A stretch of 53,104 nt of DNA, filler included, from Catajapyx aquilonaris (lineage: Eukaryota): assembly GCA_000934665.2 (NCBI GenBank). It is 3 parts of 3 records of this genome, joined end to end, with 100 filler letters (N's around TTAATTAATTAA, not from the genome) between each part and the next. Parts side by side here need not be neighbours in the genome. Positions count along the whole stretch, not along the records: positions 1 to 17,595 come from JYFJ02006904.1; positions 17,696 to 35,312 come from JYFJ02006905.1; 1 more part is not named here. One strand, given 5' to 3'. Position 1 is the stretch's first letter, and each line of letters starts with the position of its first letter. Below, piece by piece: positions 10,697 to 20,700 of the stretch. A model generated the notes under the pieces. It was not told where the DNA came from and did no database searches. It saw only the letters and a program-made list of their open reading frames with translations. The translations under genes and the position numbers were made by a program.

Positions 10697-11447
10697 TTCT
10701 GCAAATTATTTGATAGGCCTTTTTTAGAGCAGACCTGAGTCGGTTGTGTGCCGTCCAGCTATAGTCTTGGTAAAATCACACCTAGACCAGCAGTAACTGC
10801 CTGTACATGCGTTGCTTCTATATCATTTGTATGACGCATTGTTCGGGTAGAAACATTCCAGTCGCCAATAATATTGACTCCGTATACGTTTTGTTGATGC
10901 GATATGTGATCAGGAGCACCTTTTCTTCGGAGATTTATTGAAACAATGGTGTCGCTCGATCTAACAAGCGTTGGAGGTAATCATACAACATTGCTCGAAC
11001 GAGTGTAAAAATATTTCGATTCGGTTGCTGTATCGCATAGTAATATAAGTTGAACCAAGTAATATTAATTGACTTGGGCTATGTACTGTACCTACTTGAC
11101 TATCATAATTTAAGGGGGTCGCGACCCGAAAAATGTTGTGAACCACTGCTATACAGTATAACTCTGCAATTGCACTCTCTATGTCTTTGTGTATGGCGCA
11201 TTGTTCAGTTCAAACTGTTAAGTGTAGGCTGTTACTATTGGTACTGGTACTTATGCTACCTTCTGATACTTTGTCAGAAACTGAGCTTGACTTTGGGTCT
11301 AAAAATGACTAAACTCCTCTTTCAATAAAGGTACGAGTTGGAAAGACTGCTATTTTATTTCATTTTATTTATTTTATTGTACAACACTTTATTAGCCCAA
11401 GGCGCTTGTTACAACATGTTTGCTAATTCTTTTGGTTTTGCTGATCT

Positions 11448-11551
11448 CTAACTTTTCAACCTGTCATCTCCCAAGCCTGTGTGGTCAGGTGGGAAGAAAG
11501 GTGGTGGAAAATAAGGTGGTCGTTGCAGGGCTGAAATTTCAATCATCAAGA
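11448..11551 (-). pseudogene. Copy D: orphan exon 2 of the proline-rich peptide (LQRPPYFPPPFFPPDHTGLGDDRLKS), signal exon missing
   Basis: Homology to gene C stops at 11551 inside the intron. Upstream sequence instead matches the 5' flank of fragment G (14018-14240). Confidence 0.7.
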
Positions 11552-11842
11552 CGTGTAGCCTAGGTCGTGTATATGTCAACGGAAGGAGAACCTGCTGGGC
11601 ACAGGCCAAGACAATCTCCGGAATGAGAAAGTAACATAAGAAATACTTGCCCCACAATCACCCATTGTTCGTGATTCGAGTAGAGAAGAGAGTATAATTA
11701 ATATTTGAAGTCTGCAATTTTTAATAATTTGTTTCTGAAGCTCGACAGTCGCAGTTTCGCGTCACTGAAGCAGCGGTAAGTTCAAGAGGCCGAGGACTGT
11801 GATTTGCAGCATTCTATTTCGCAACACGATCTGTCATTATTT

Positions 11843-12153
11843 TTATCTCTTGCATCCGTAGATAGGTTGGCAGTCTCCAAGGCGGTCAGGGGCCCAGCAA
11901 GGGGGGCATCGTAGGCACCATGGACACGTTGGCATACCGCCGATGTAACGTCTTGGCGCCAAATTATAGTCATACGATGGGGGCGGGTAATAGTCTGCAA
12001 TATTGACATTGTTTCTGATCATGATCATCAGAAGAGTAATAGTAAAAATATTGACAAGTGTTTACCTTGCGGTGCAGCAAGTGAGAGTTCACTTAGGGCC
12101 AAAAGCAGCACCAGCACCAGCAGCAGCAGGACACAATATGACTCTGATTTCAT
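11843..12153 (-). CDS. Secreted 6-Cys peptide precursor E, 79 aa, exons 12066-12153 and 11843-11994: MKSESYCVLLLLVLVLLLALSELSLAAPQDYYPPPSYDYNLAPRRYIGGMPTCPWCLRCPPCWAPDRLGDCQPIYGCKR
   Basis: Strong signal peptide; G|gtaaac donor; 71-nt intron ending attgcag|AC in phase 1; internal RR; conserved in paralog F. Confidence 0.88.
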
Positions 12154-12629
12154 TTTGGACAGGCAGAACCAAGTACATAGAGGACTAAAGTTGGTCTGTA
12201 TCTGGCTCGGTAAAACAGCGCGACAATCTCCGTAATGGAGCATAAAAATGTCGTTCCATTGCGTCTGGAATGACACAGTGTTCGGTATTCAAGTATAGAG
12301 GTTAGATATTAATGCCGCACCTCGACTGCTCCCAGCGGATAGTCGAATTACGTAAGCAGCAAATCATATTAACATACCAATATATGTTGAGTGGTATTTT
12401 GACGGCGTTAGGCAGTCGGCAGAGGTGTTGAAACAATGGCACACACGGTCATTATCCGTTAACATATTTATGCTCAATTCCTCTGAATAACTTCGGTTAC
12501 TTATTCACAACCAATTCGTCGAGTGCTATACAGTATAAGCATTGCCAAACGTGTAATTATAGTTGGTCCTGCACCTCCTACTTCTAGTGGAACTTGTGAA
12601 ATGGGTTAACAGTGATGGAGCTTCAGTAT

Positions 12630-12764
12630 ATGTTGTATGCAATGGAAGCTGTCCGTCACATTCCTGGTGGTCAGCTTTGGTCTGGGGTCAAGCAGAAACG
12701 TTTCCCTCAACCAAACGAGTGATCTGGAGAGCACCCAATTCCTCCTTGCCCCAATCAGCGACAT
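12630..12764 (+). pseudogene. Truncated duplicate of the 5' end of the ionotropic receptor gene
   Basis: Matches 15273-15419 with an 11-nt frameshifting deletion; similarity ends abruptly after ATCAGCGACAT. Confidence 0.85.
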
Positions 12765-13942
12765 ATAGGCTAGTGTCCAACCTCTTCTCAGATTTAGTGC
12801 TGGGGAAGGGGGGTGATGTTTCTATTGTTTCCCCTGCTCCCTGTCAGAAGGTTTTGTCAATCTCTATACCACAAACAGTGACATCGATAGAGCTTCAAAA
12901 CCCAGTAAAGTTTATATCTCTAACTGTTTCCCTTTTCAAATGAAAAGGGTGGAACGCCATGGTCAAAAATGGGGCACGGGGGGAGGGGATGTGGATCGTC
13001 TCTTGTTTCTTCCCCCCTCTCGTGATTTTTGCTTCATTTGCGTAACGCCACAAATGTACATCGATAGAGCATCAGAACTTGGTAAATGGCACCTCTGTAA
13101 CTTTTCCAGATTTCGAAGAAGAAAAAAAAACAGACGCGAAGTATCAACCCCTTTTTGAAGGTGTTCCGTCCACCTCCTGTAAGGCATACGAGGTGTGTAG
13201 TAGTCCTCTCTAGGTATTAGCATCCCAGGCGTGTTTTTATTTTTTAAGGGTCCTAGAGCAAAAAAAGTTAAATTAATAAAATAAAATTTAGCGTTAGACC
13301 CAATGTTCCCAATAAATTTATAACATTGAGCTATGCAAAATAGGCCTACTCTCGGGAGAGTAATGCCTGCTACAAGAAAAGGGATACCGATAGAAACATT
13401 TTGACTTCAAATTCAAACTCAGCGTAAACTAATACATAATAAAACGTGAAAATGGTTCATATAACAAAACCATTGTTGACCATAATTATTTTAGTCACAC
13501 TGAGCAATCTGCAGTGTAGGCTACTTTCCGCAAAATAACGTATGGGGTATGGCAGTTACAAATAATGGAGGGTGATGGAAACTTTCTGACTTCATATTCA
13601 GAATCAGCGCGCTTATTATCAGTAGGCCTATTGAAGTCTGAACACATGCATGGTGACCCTAAAGTCTGGACACTCATGGTGACCCTCCTAAGAATTTCCC
13701 TGCATGCCCCCTGCATGCCCTCGCCATGGGCCACATGGCAGGGCCCCCTGGCAGGGCCCTGACTATAACACTCACACGCCACTTCGGATATAGTAGACTC
13801 GGATGTAATAGCCTGTAACGCTTTTCTGTAACGCTCGAGTTTGCCTGCATGCCCCCCCTCTATACGGACCCGATTTAAAAGACGTATTCACGTCAAAAAT
13901 TATCCATGATCATCATAGGAGTAGTAAATGATAAGTGTTTAC

Positions 13943-14000
13943 CTTGCGGTGCAGCAAGTGAGAGTTCACACAAGTCCAGAAGCTGCGGCAGGGATTTCAT
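13943..14000 (-). pseudogene. Copy G: orphan E/F-type signal exon (MKSLPQLLDLCELSLAAPQ), no exon 2 found
   Basis: Same ELSLAAPQ G|gtaaac end as E/F; hydrophobic core shortened; intron homology lost near 13900. Confidence 0.65.
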
Positions 14001-14302
14001 ATTGGACAGGGAGAACCTATAGCCTTGGTCGTGTATGTCAACGGAAGGAGAACCTGCTGGACACAGGCCAAGACAATCTCCGGAATGAGAAAGTAACATA
14101 AGAAATACTTGCCCCACAATCACCCATTGTTCGTGATTCGAGTAGAGAAGCGAGTATAATAAATATTTGAAGTCTGCAATTTTTAATAATTTATTCCTGA
14201 AGCGACAGTCGCAGTTTCGCGTCACCGAGGCAGCCGTAAGTTCAAGAGGCCGAGGACTGTGATTTGCAGCATTCTATTTCGCAACACGATCTGTCATTAT
14301 TT

Positions 14303-14609
14303 TTATCTCTTGCATCCGTACACAGGTTCGCAATCTCCAAAGCGGTTAGGGGCCCAGCAAGGGGGGCATCGTAGGCACCAGAGACACGGTTTCTTACTGC
14401 CGCTGTAACGTCTTGGCTCCAAATTATAGTCATACAATGGGGGCGGGTAATAGCCTGCAATATTGACATTGTTGCTGATCATGATCATCAGAAGAGTAAT
14501 AGTAAAAATTTTGACAAAAGTGTTTACCTTGCGGTGCAGCAAGTGAGAGTTCACTTAGGGCCAAAAGCAGCACCAGCAGCAGCAGGACGCAATATGACTC
14601 TGATTTCAT
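14303..14609 (-). CDS. Secreted 6-Cys peptide precursor F, 77 aa, exons 14528-14609 and 14303-14454: MKSESYCVLLLLVLLLALSELSLAAPQGYYPPPLYDYNLEPRRYSGSKKPCLWCLRCPPCWAPNRFGDCEPVYGCKR
   Basis: Same exon structure and phase as E; all six Cys codons identical to E. Confidence 0.88.
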
Positions 14610-15272
14610 TTTGGACAGGCAGAACCAAGTACATAGAGGACTAAAGTTGGTCTGCATCTGGCTCAGTAAAACACTGAGCGCGACAATCTACGTAATGGAG
14701 CATAAAAATGTCGTTTCATTGCGTCTGCAATGACACAGTGTTCGGTATTCAAGTTGAGCTTAGATCTTAATGCCGCACCTCAACTGCCCCCAGCGGATAG
14801 TCGCATTACGTATGCAGCAAATAATATTTCTGGGTCATTAACATACCAGTAACACATGTTTTTGGGGGGATTTTAATTTGAAATTGAAACAAGTCTGCCT
14901 AATCCCATATTGAACTGGGAACTGCTGGTAAGCATTGTACTCCACCTTGAATAGATGCATCGTAGAAACGCTGGCCTCGAACTCAACGCCTCTTTGGAAA
15001 TGAGTCATTGCTCGAAAAATCCAACAAAGTTGAGTGGTATTGACGGCGTCGCGTCGGGAGCATAATTAGGCAGAGGTGTTGAAACATGGCACACACGGTC
15101 ATTATCTGTTAACATATTTATGCTCTATTTCTCTGAATAACCTCGGTTACTTATTCATAACCAATTCGTCGAGTGCTATACAGTATAAGGATTGCCAAAC
15201 GTGTAATTAGTTGGTCCTGCACCTCCTACTTCTAGTGGTTGTGAAATGGGTTAACAGTGCTGGGGCTTCAGT

Positions 15273-17291
15273 ATGTTGTATGCAATGGAAGTGTATTGTA
15301 AGCTGTCCGTCACATTCCTGGTGGTCAGCTTTGGTCTGGGGTCAAGCAGAAACGTTTCCGTCAAGCCAACGAGTGATCTGGAGAGCACCCAAGTCCTTCA
15401 TGCCCTGATCAGCGACATCATCCTTCATCGTGAAGACATGAGCGAGTGCGCCTTGGTGGTGTCCACTGACTTGTCCCGTCCGATAGATCATCCGGGACAG
15501 GATCTCCTCCTCCTCCGACAGTCGGACAGGTACCTTCCTTGCCTCTCAATCCGGATGAACAAGTTCCCTCACTCGTTTGGAGACTATCCCTGGCTGACCA
15601 AGCAGGACCAGCTCCTGGACTTCCGGACAGTCCCTCCGCAGCTGCTGTCCCGGGTGTGGTCTGGCATGTCCTGCACTCTGCACGTCCTCGTCCCTTCCAC
15701 ACCGGCCACTCTCGGACAGCTTCTGATGCACGCTGCCTCCGTGGTGAAGCTCGCTCCTGGACAGGACAGATTCCTGATCCACTTCCAGCAGTCACCGGAC
15801 ACGGACCACATGCGCCGAGTGATGATGTCCCCTCCGGCCAGTTCACTCAGACTGAAGGTGTCCACCTGGATGGAATCGGGACACCTTCGGATGGAGACCG
15901 TCTGCTTCTTCTGCGGACAAGGTGGGCACCAGAAGATCCGGTCACTTGGCAAGTTCCGTCCTGGCAGCACTTACAACGCTGATTACATTTTTCGGAATGA
16001 AGAATTCAATTTAAATGGAAGAGTTGTGATATTTGGTGTCGTGTATGACCATACTGACTTGGAAGCAGCCAGGCGGAAGAGAAGAGAGCACGGCGACATG
16101 ACACTGACAGCAGAAGTGAGATTCCTTCTGCTTATGGAAGACACACTGAGGTGCACAGTCCAATTAAAAGACATGGTCATCGAAGACGAGAATATTGAGT
16201 CCCGATATGAAAACGGTTCTTGGGGGGGACTACTTAAACCTGTCATTAACGAGGAGGTTGACGTTTTGCACTCCATTTATCTTTCTGGTGAGGTTTACCC
16301 CTTCATTACCTACACCTCTACAATGGCACCTCTCTTCGGTACATTTCTGACCCGACTCCCTCGTCGGGTCGTCACTTGGAGAGTGTTTCATAAACCATAC
16401 GAATCTTTGTTTTGGGTTGCATTTGCAGTCACCATCACCATTTGTGCGCTTTCTTTTCATTTGGTATCAAAGAGGACTGCGGGTCATGCAGGTCATGCCA
16501 TGACCTTATCCGAGTCTGTTGCCCTCGTCCTTCGGCATCTGGTCAGGCAGCCCGAAATGTCTGCAACAGTGAGACTTCCCCTGCTACTTGCTACGGCCTT
16601 TTCAGTCTTCACAATAGTGGTGATCTGCGGATACGAATCAAAGATCGTGTCTCTGTTGACCAGTCCTCCCGATGAATTCGTGCCCACAACTACTCAGGAG
16701 CTCGTCGATTCCAACTGGAAAATTGAAGCGACACTGTTCGAGTACATGGTGATTCAGTCGATTGCATCCGGATTCAACGGTACGACAGTGAGACAAATAA
16801 TTAAAAACCTGAAAATGGTGGAGAGTGTTCCATCGTGCTTAGATAAAACAGCTTCTCATGATGTTGCCTGCTTCGGAATAAACGTGTTTCTAGACAATCA
16901 GGTTCACAGTCACATGAGCAGCGGAGGGAAACTGCTGGTTCAGCAAACCAAGGACACTATTTTGCCAACATTTATTGTCGGCATCTTGTCAAGAGGAAAC
17001 GCACCATTATTTTATGCCAGCGAAGTATGCATCAGAATAATGACGGAGTTCAATTTGGCAAATAAGTATGTACAAGATGAGTCATTCACGAATTTTCTAT
17101 CCATTTTGAATCTTATTGTTGCGGCAGAGGAGCATAATGTTGAGAGGAAACTGCAAGAGGAGCTGATCAATATTCAGAAATTGTCGTCTCTTTTCTACAC
17201 TTGGATGCTGGGACTAGTGATTGGATTTGTTGCTTTCATTGCAGAAGTAGTAGTGTCACGAAATATTTGCCCCCATTTTAGTGCAAAATAA
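15273..17291 (+). CDS. Intronless divergent ionotropic receptor (iGluR-related chemoreceptor), 672 aa
   Basis: N-terminal signal; S1 motif NGSWGGLL..V...EVDV; KPYESLFW-M1; pore-region LVRQ; M3 GYESKIVSLLTSP followed by PTTTQELVDS; terminal TM LFYTWMLGLVIGFVAFIAE. Confidence 0.9.
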   Translation: MLYAMEVYCKLSVTFLVVSFGLGSSRNVSVKPTSDLESTQVLHALISDIILHREDMSECALVVSTDLSRPIDHPGQDLLLLRQSDRYLPCLSIRMNKFPHSFGDYPWLTKQDQLLDFRTVPPQLLSRVWSGMSCTLHVLVPSTPATLGQLLMHAASVVKLAPGQDRFLIHFQQSPDTDHMRRVMMSPPASSLRLKVSTWMESGHLRMETVCFFCGQGGHQKIRSLGKFRPGSTYNADYIFRNEEFNLNGRVVIFGVVYDHTDLEAARRKRREHGDMTLTAEVRFLLLMEDTLRCTVQLKDMVIEDENIESRYENGSWGGLLKPVINEEVDVLHSIYLSGEVYPFITYTSTMAPLFGTFLTRLPRRVVTWRVFHKPYESLFWVAFAVTITICALSFHLVSKRTAGHAGHAMTLSESVALVLRHLVRQPEMSATVRLPLLLATAFSVFTIVVICGYESKIVSLLTSPPDEFVPTTTQELVDSNWKIEATLFEYMVIQSIASGFNGTTVRQIIKNLKMVESVPSCLDKTASHDVACFGINVFLDNQVHSHMSSGGKLLVQQTKDTILPTFIVGILSRGNAPLFYASEVCIRIMTEFNLANKYVQDESFTNFLSILNLIVAAEEHNVERKLQEELINIQKLSSLFYTWMLGLVIGFVAFIAEVVVSRNICPHFSAK

Positions 17292-17595
17292 GGGCATGCT
17301 GTAAATCCCTCTGCAATGGATCATCGCCATGCATGAAACACAATAATGGACCGAGCTAGCATCTGCCACATTTTCAAACATTTTATTTCACAAATTTCAT
17401 TGATTGGACAGTAATTATTTCTTGCACCTGATGTGTGAACCTCCAAAAATCATCACTCAATGCAAACTTGGTTGCTCTAGCCTGTTACACATGCGTATTA
17501 GTCGCCTAGGCAAGCAACATTTTTCATAAGAAAACTGCACTTTATGAGGAGAACACCAAACTTAGCATACATCATGTCCACACCTATTGTCAACG

Positions 17596-17695
17596 NNNNN
17601 NNNNNNNNNNNNNNNNNNNNNNNNNNNNNNNNNNNNNNNTTAATTAATTAANNNNNNNNNNNNNNNNNNNNNNNNNNNNNNNNNNNNNNNNNNNN
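17596..17695. other. Artificial contig spacer
   Basis: 100-bp N run containing TTAATTAATTAA (stop codons in all frames). Confidence 0.97.
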
Positions 17696-17797
17696 CTTCA
17701 CCCAGTCTAAGGCTGAAAAGTGTACGGACATACGGTGTAATGTGCTGCATACAGTTTGATTGTTGCACATAGTTATATTTTACATGCACGAGATTAC

Positions 17798-20700
17798 CTC
17801 AAGGAATTCATCTCCTCAGTCACACCCTGATAATATTTGGGAAGGTTTATACGGAGTTGCTTAACTTGGGCCTGTGTACTTCGGGACCTGGCCTCCATTT
17901 CCTCAATCGCCTCCTTAACTTCCAAAGCTGTTCTTTTATCAGACTCGAATATTTCTTGTAATTCACATAGTTCTGCAACATAACAGATCATATGAGCAAA
18001 TTCGACATAATATGCTATTATTCATCCACGGAATAGTATATAGTATTACACATCACAATAAAGTTAAGGCCTATATCATTGTGCTTCTTTGGAAGTCACG
18101 TCAGTATTATGGTTACGGTGGAGGTTACACGACATTTTTATACAGGGTGTCTCAACGGGAAGGCCCACTTTTTAAATAGGTCGTGCGATCGACTTAATCA
18201 GTAGACCATAATTTTTTATTTTATTTATTTATTTTCCTACCCCTTGCTCAGGGATAATGCCCTGCTTCGGGGGACACATTTCCAGTTTCCACTTTACAAA
18301 ATTCCTTATATCTCTATTTCACTCTTCCCTATTACACTCGTAATTTATACGCTAACAACACTGGCCTTTTGTAAGTTTTGTAGTAAAAAAGTGAATAAAG
18401 AAGATAAGAAAAGAAGAGAAGAAAAGAGGACAGAAAATTTGAATATTGGAGGACATCTCGTATGAGTTCCTTTTACGGGACTTCAAAATTGCTTTAGTAT
18501 GCAGAAAATTGAATTCGTTTGGTAACATTTTGAAAAAACTTAAATAAGGCAAAAATGTGTTTTTTTGTGATGACATGGTAGAGCAAATGGTAATGTGAGG
18601 GTGAGTATCTGGGAACATTGTACTTGTATAAGTGGTTAGTTCTCGGAGTCGAAAAGTATCTGCATTCATAAATTAAGTGATAATTATGCTGTCAGTGGTT
18701 CCTTCGTGTTGGATCATTCACAAAAATATTCATTAAAAAGTATAATTGAATCTGCTTTCAAACGTACATACTTTGAATCATTTCTTAAGTTTGCTATCAT
18801 TCGTAACTGTATAATTGGAATACCATAAGTTAAATATTTTTCCTGGTCATAACTGGATTTAATTTCTTTGTAATACAGATATCTCGTAGTTTGTTGTATC
18901 ATCACGAGGGTTTTATTTTTTATGTTTGACTTTAAAGTTTCAATTATTGTTGAGGGTAAGTTTATAAAGCGTTCATCCCAGCTTATATCATACATTTGAA
19001 CTAGGTGTTTACATGCGTATAACCAATTATCTCTGATCTGTGGGTTATCTTCGTTCGTTTTTTGTGAGTATGTGTAAGCTTCCTTCACTAATAATCTGTT
19101 ATTTTCAGTGTTAATTAACTTTTCCATGTTCCTGATAATCGTTTTTATTCATGTTACTGTCAGTCGTATTATTCGTGTTTCTAAGTAAATAAAATAGTTT
19201 GCAGTATTTTTTGGGAGTCCAAGGAACCTTTTAACAAAAATAATTTATTGGAATCTTAATCAGTAGAGCATAATGTAATTATATATATGTAAATGAGTGT
19301 GTAAGAATGGGACACTGAATGGGACTGATCAAATGCAAAAAGTGTCCACCTTCTTCGAGACACAATTTTTGTTCATGTTTCATCGTAATTATATTCTGAT
19401 ACACGCCTCAACATACAATCCTGTGTCAATATTTCCTATTTTGGTCATAATGTTTGCTGGAAGATCCCAATGGTTCGTATATCCTCCTGAGACCTGATGT
19501 CCAATATATTGGATATATTTGATTTTGAGGAGGGGCGGACACTTTCAGCACTTGATGTGATGGTAAGTCGTTCTCTCATTCTTACACTCTCATTTACATA
19601 CTGTATAGTTACATTACTGATATCTATTTAATATATTTATGAAGTCGCTCGCACGGCCTATATTTAAGAAGTGGAACTTCCCGCTGAAACACCCTGTATT
19701 TAAGTGACTTGATTAATTTAGCTCTTTCCCATGCACATTAGGCATTTAGTTATTACACTGGCATAGTGGCTATAGCATAATTAGGGTTGAGGTTGAAAAC
19801 TGCACTGTACAACCATAAACCTTGCTGAATTTGCTCGTGTCCAATTATTATTCGAAGAATAAATATATATAATAATATATATAATAATAATTCATACCCC
19901 GTTATCAGCCGGCGCGGCGGCTCTTTGGGGGGGGGGGGGGNGGGGAATTTTTGTTTTGACTGGAACTCTTTGCTTTAATTTTATTTGCTTTTTTGGGATA
20001 TGATACGGATGGAAGGAAGCGGCTGTGGCCTGTTGTTACGGAAACGACCCCGGAATTATCCTGGGAGGACCGTGGAAAACCGTGGAAAACCACGGTCAGG
20101 GTCGCCGGCCCAGGGATTCGAACCCAGGACCTCCCGATTAGCAGGCGGACTCTATATCCACTACACCAATCTGCTTCGGTTCGAAGAATAAATATTATTG
20201 TGGGTAAATGAACGCGGGCGTAAGCTGTTTAAATGCAAGAGAAATTCAGTTAACAGCTCCGGCATCTCAGAAATGCAGAAAATATCATATGGCCATGCAC
20301 ATAAATTAATTGTGCGTTGAGTTACAGAAAATGATACAGAAATCTCTGTGACCATTGTTATTTGCCTGTTTGGGAAAAAAATAATCCTGCCGGTTGGAAA
20401 ACTGGTTGTTATACAATACTTCATAGCCGTTATACAGGGTGTATCTGAACTCAGTGCCCCGACGTATATGACTGCCTTCCTAGCCACCAGAGGATCGATT
20501 TAAGTATAGGAGTCATTATGTCTGGCCGCCGCATTAATCTGGGTTTACATGTGAGCGAAATGATCAGCGATTTGTATCGCCAGCGATGAAATCCTAACGA
20601 AAGCAGTGATTTGGGCCGAAAGTAGCAATCGCGTTTAAGAATGGAGGGCCTCGGCGATGACATCGCTCAAGGAGATGGCGACGACATCGTAGCTCACTTG

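Larger units (their letters stand above)
7676..11551. repeat. Tandem duplication: 7676-9492 is similar to 9836-11551 (gene A/B plus exon 2 of gene C/D)
   Basis: Long near-identical stretches, e.g. 9100-9492 vs 11154-11551 and 8326-8880 vs 10474-11010. Confidence 0.9.
11555..15420. repeat. Second duplication: 11555-12764 is similar to 14018-15420 (peptide gene E/F, intergenic region, IR 5' end)
   Basis: Near-identical sequence, including an identical 3' flank (11782-11842 vs 14242-14302). Confidence 0.9.

Noticed and set aside
11448..11657. 69-aa ORF MWGKYFLC...RPPYFPPP as a single-exon peptide gene
   Set aside because: It starts at a non-ATG codon and reads through a deletion junction and intron remnant; treated as fragment D.
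15418..16687. Several overlapping alternative-frame and antisense ORFs inside the IR
   Set aside because: By-products of the GC-rich IR coding sequence; no independent motifs.
20100..20180. tRNA genes at A/B-box sequences (also 21465, 24810, 30180, 39290, 48180)
   Set aside because: They continue into shared SINE bodies with tails and TSDs; no convincing full cloverleaf.
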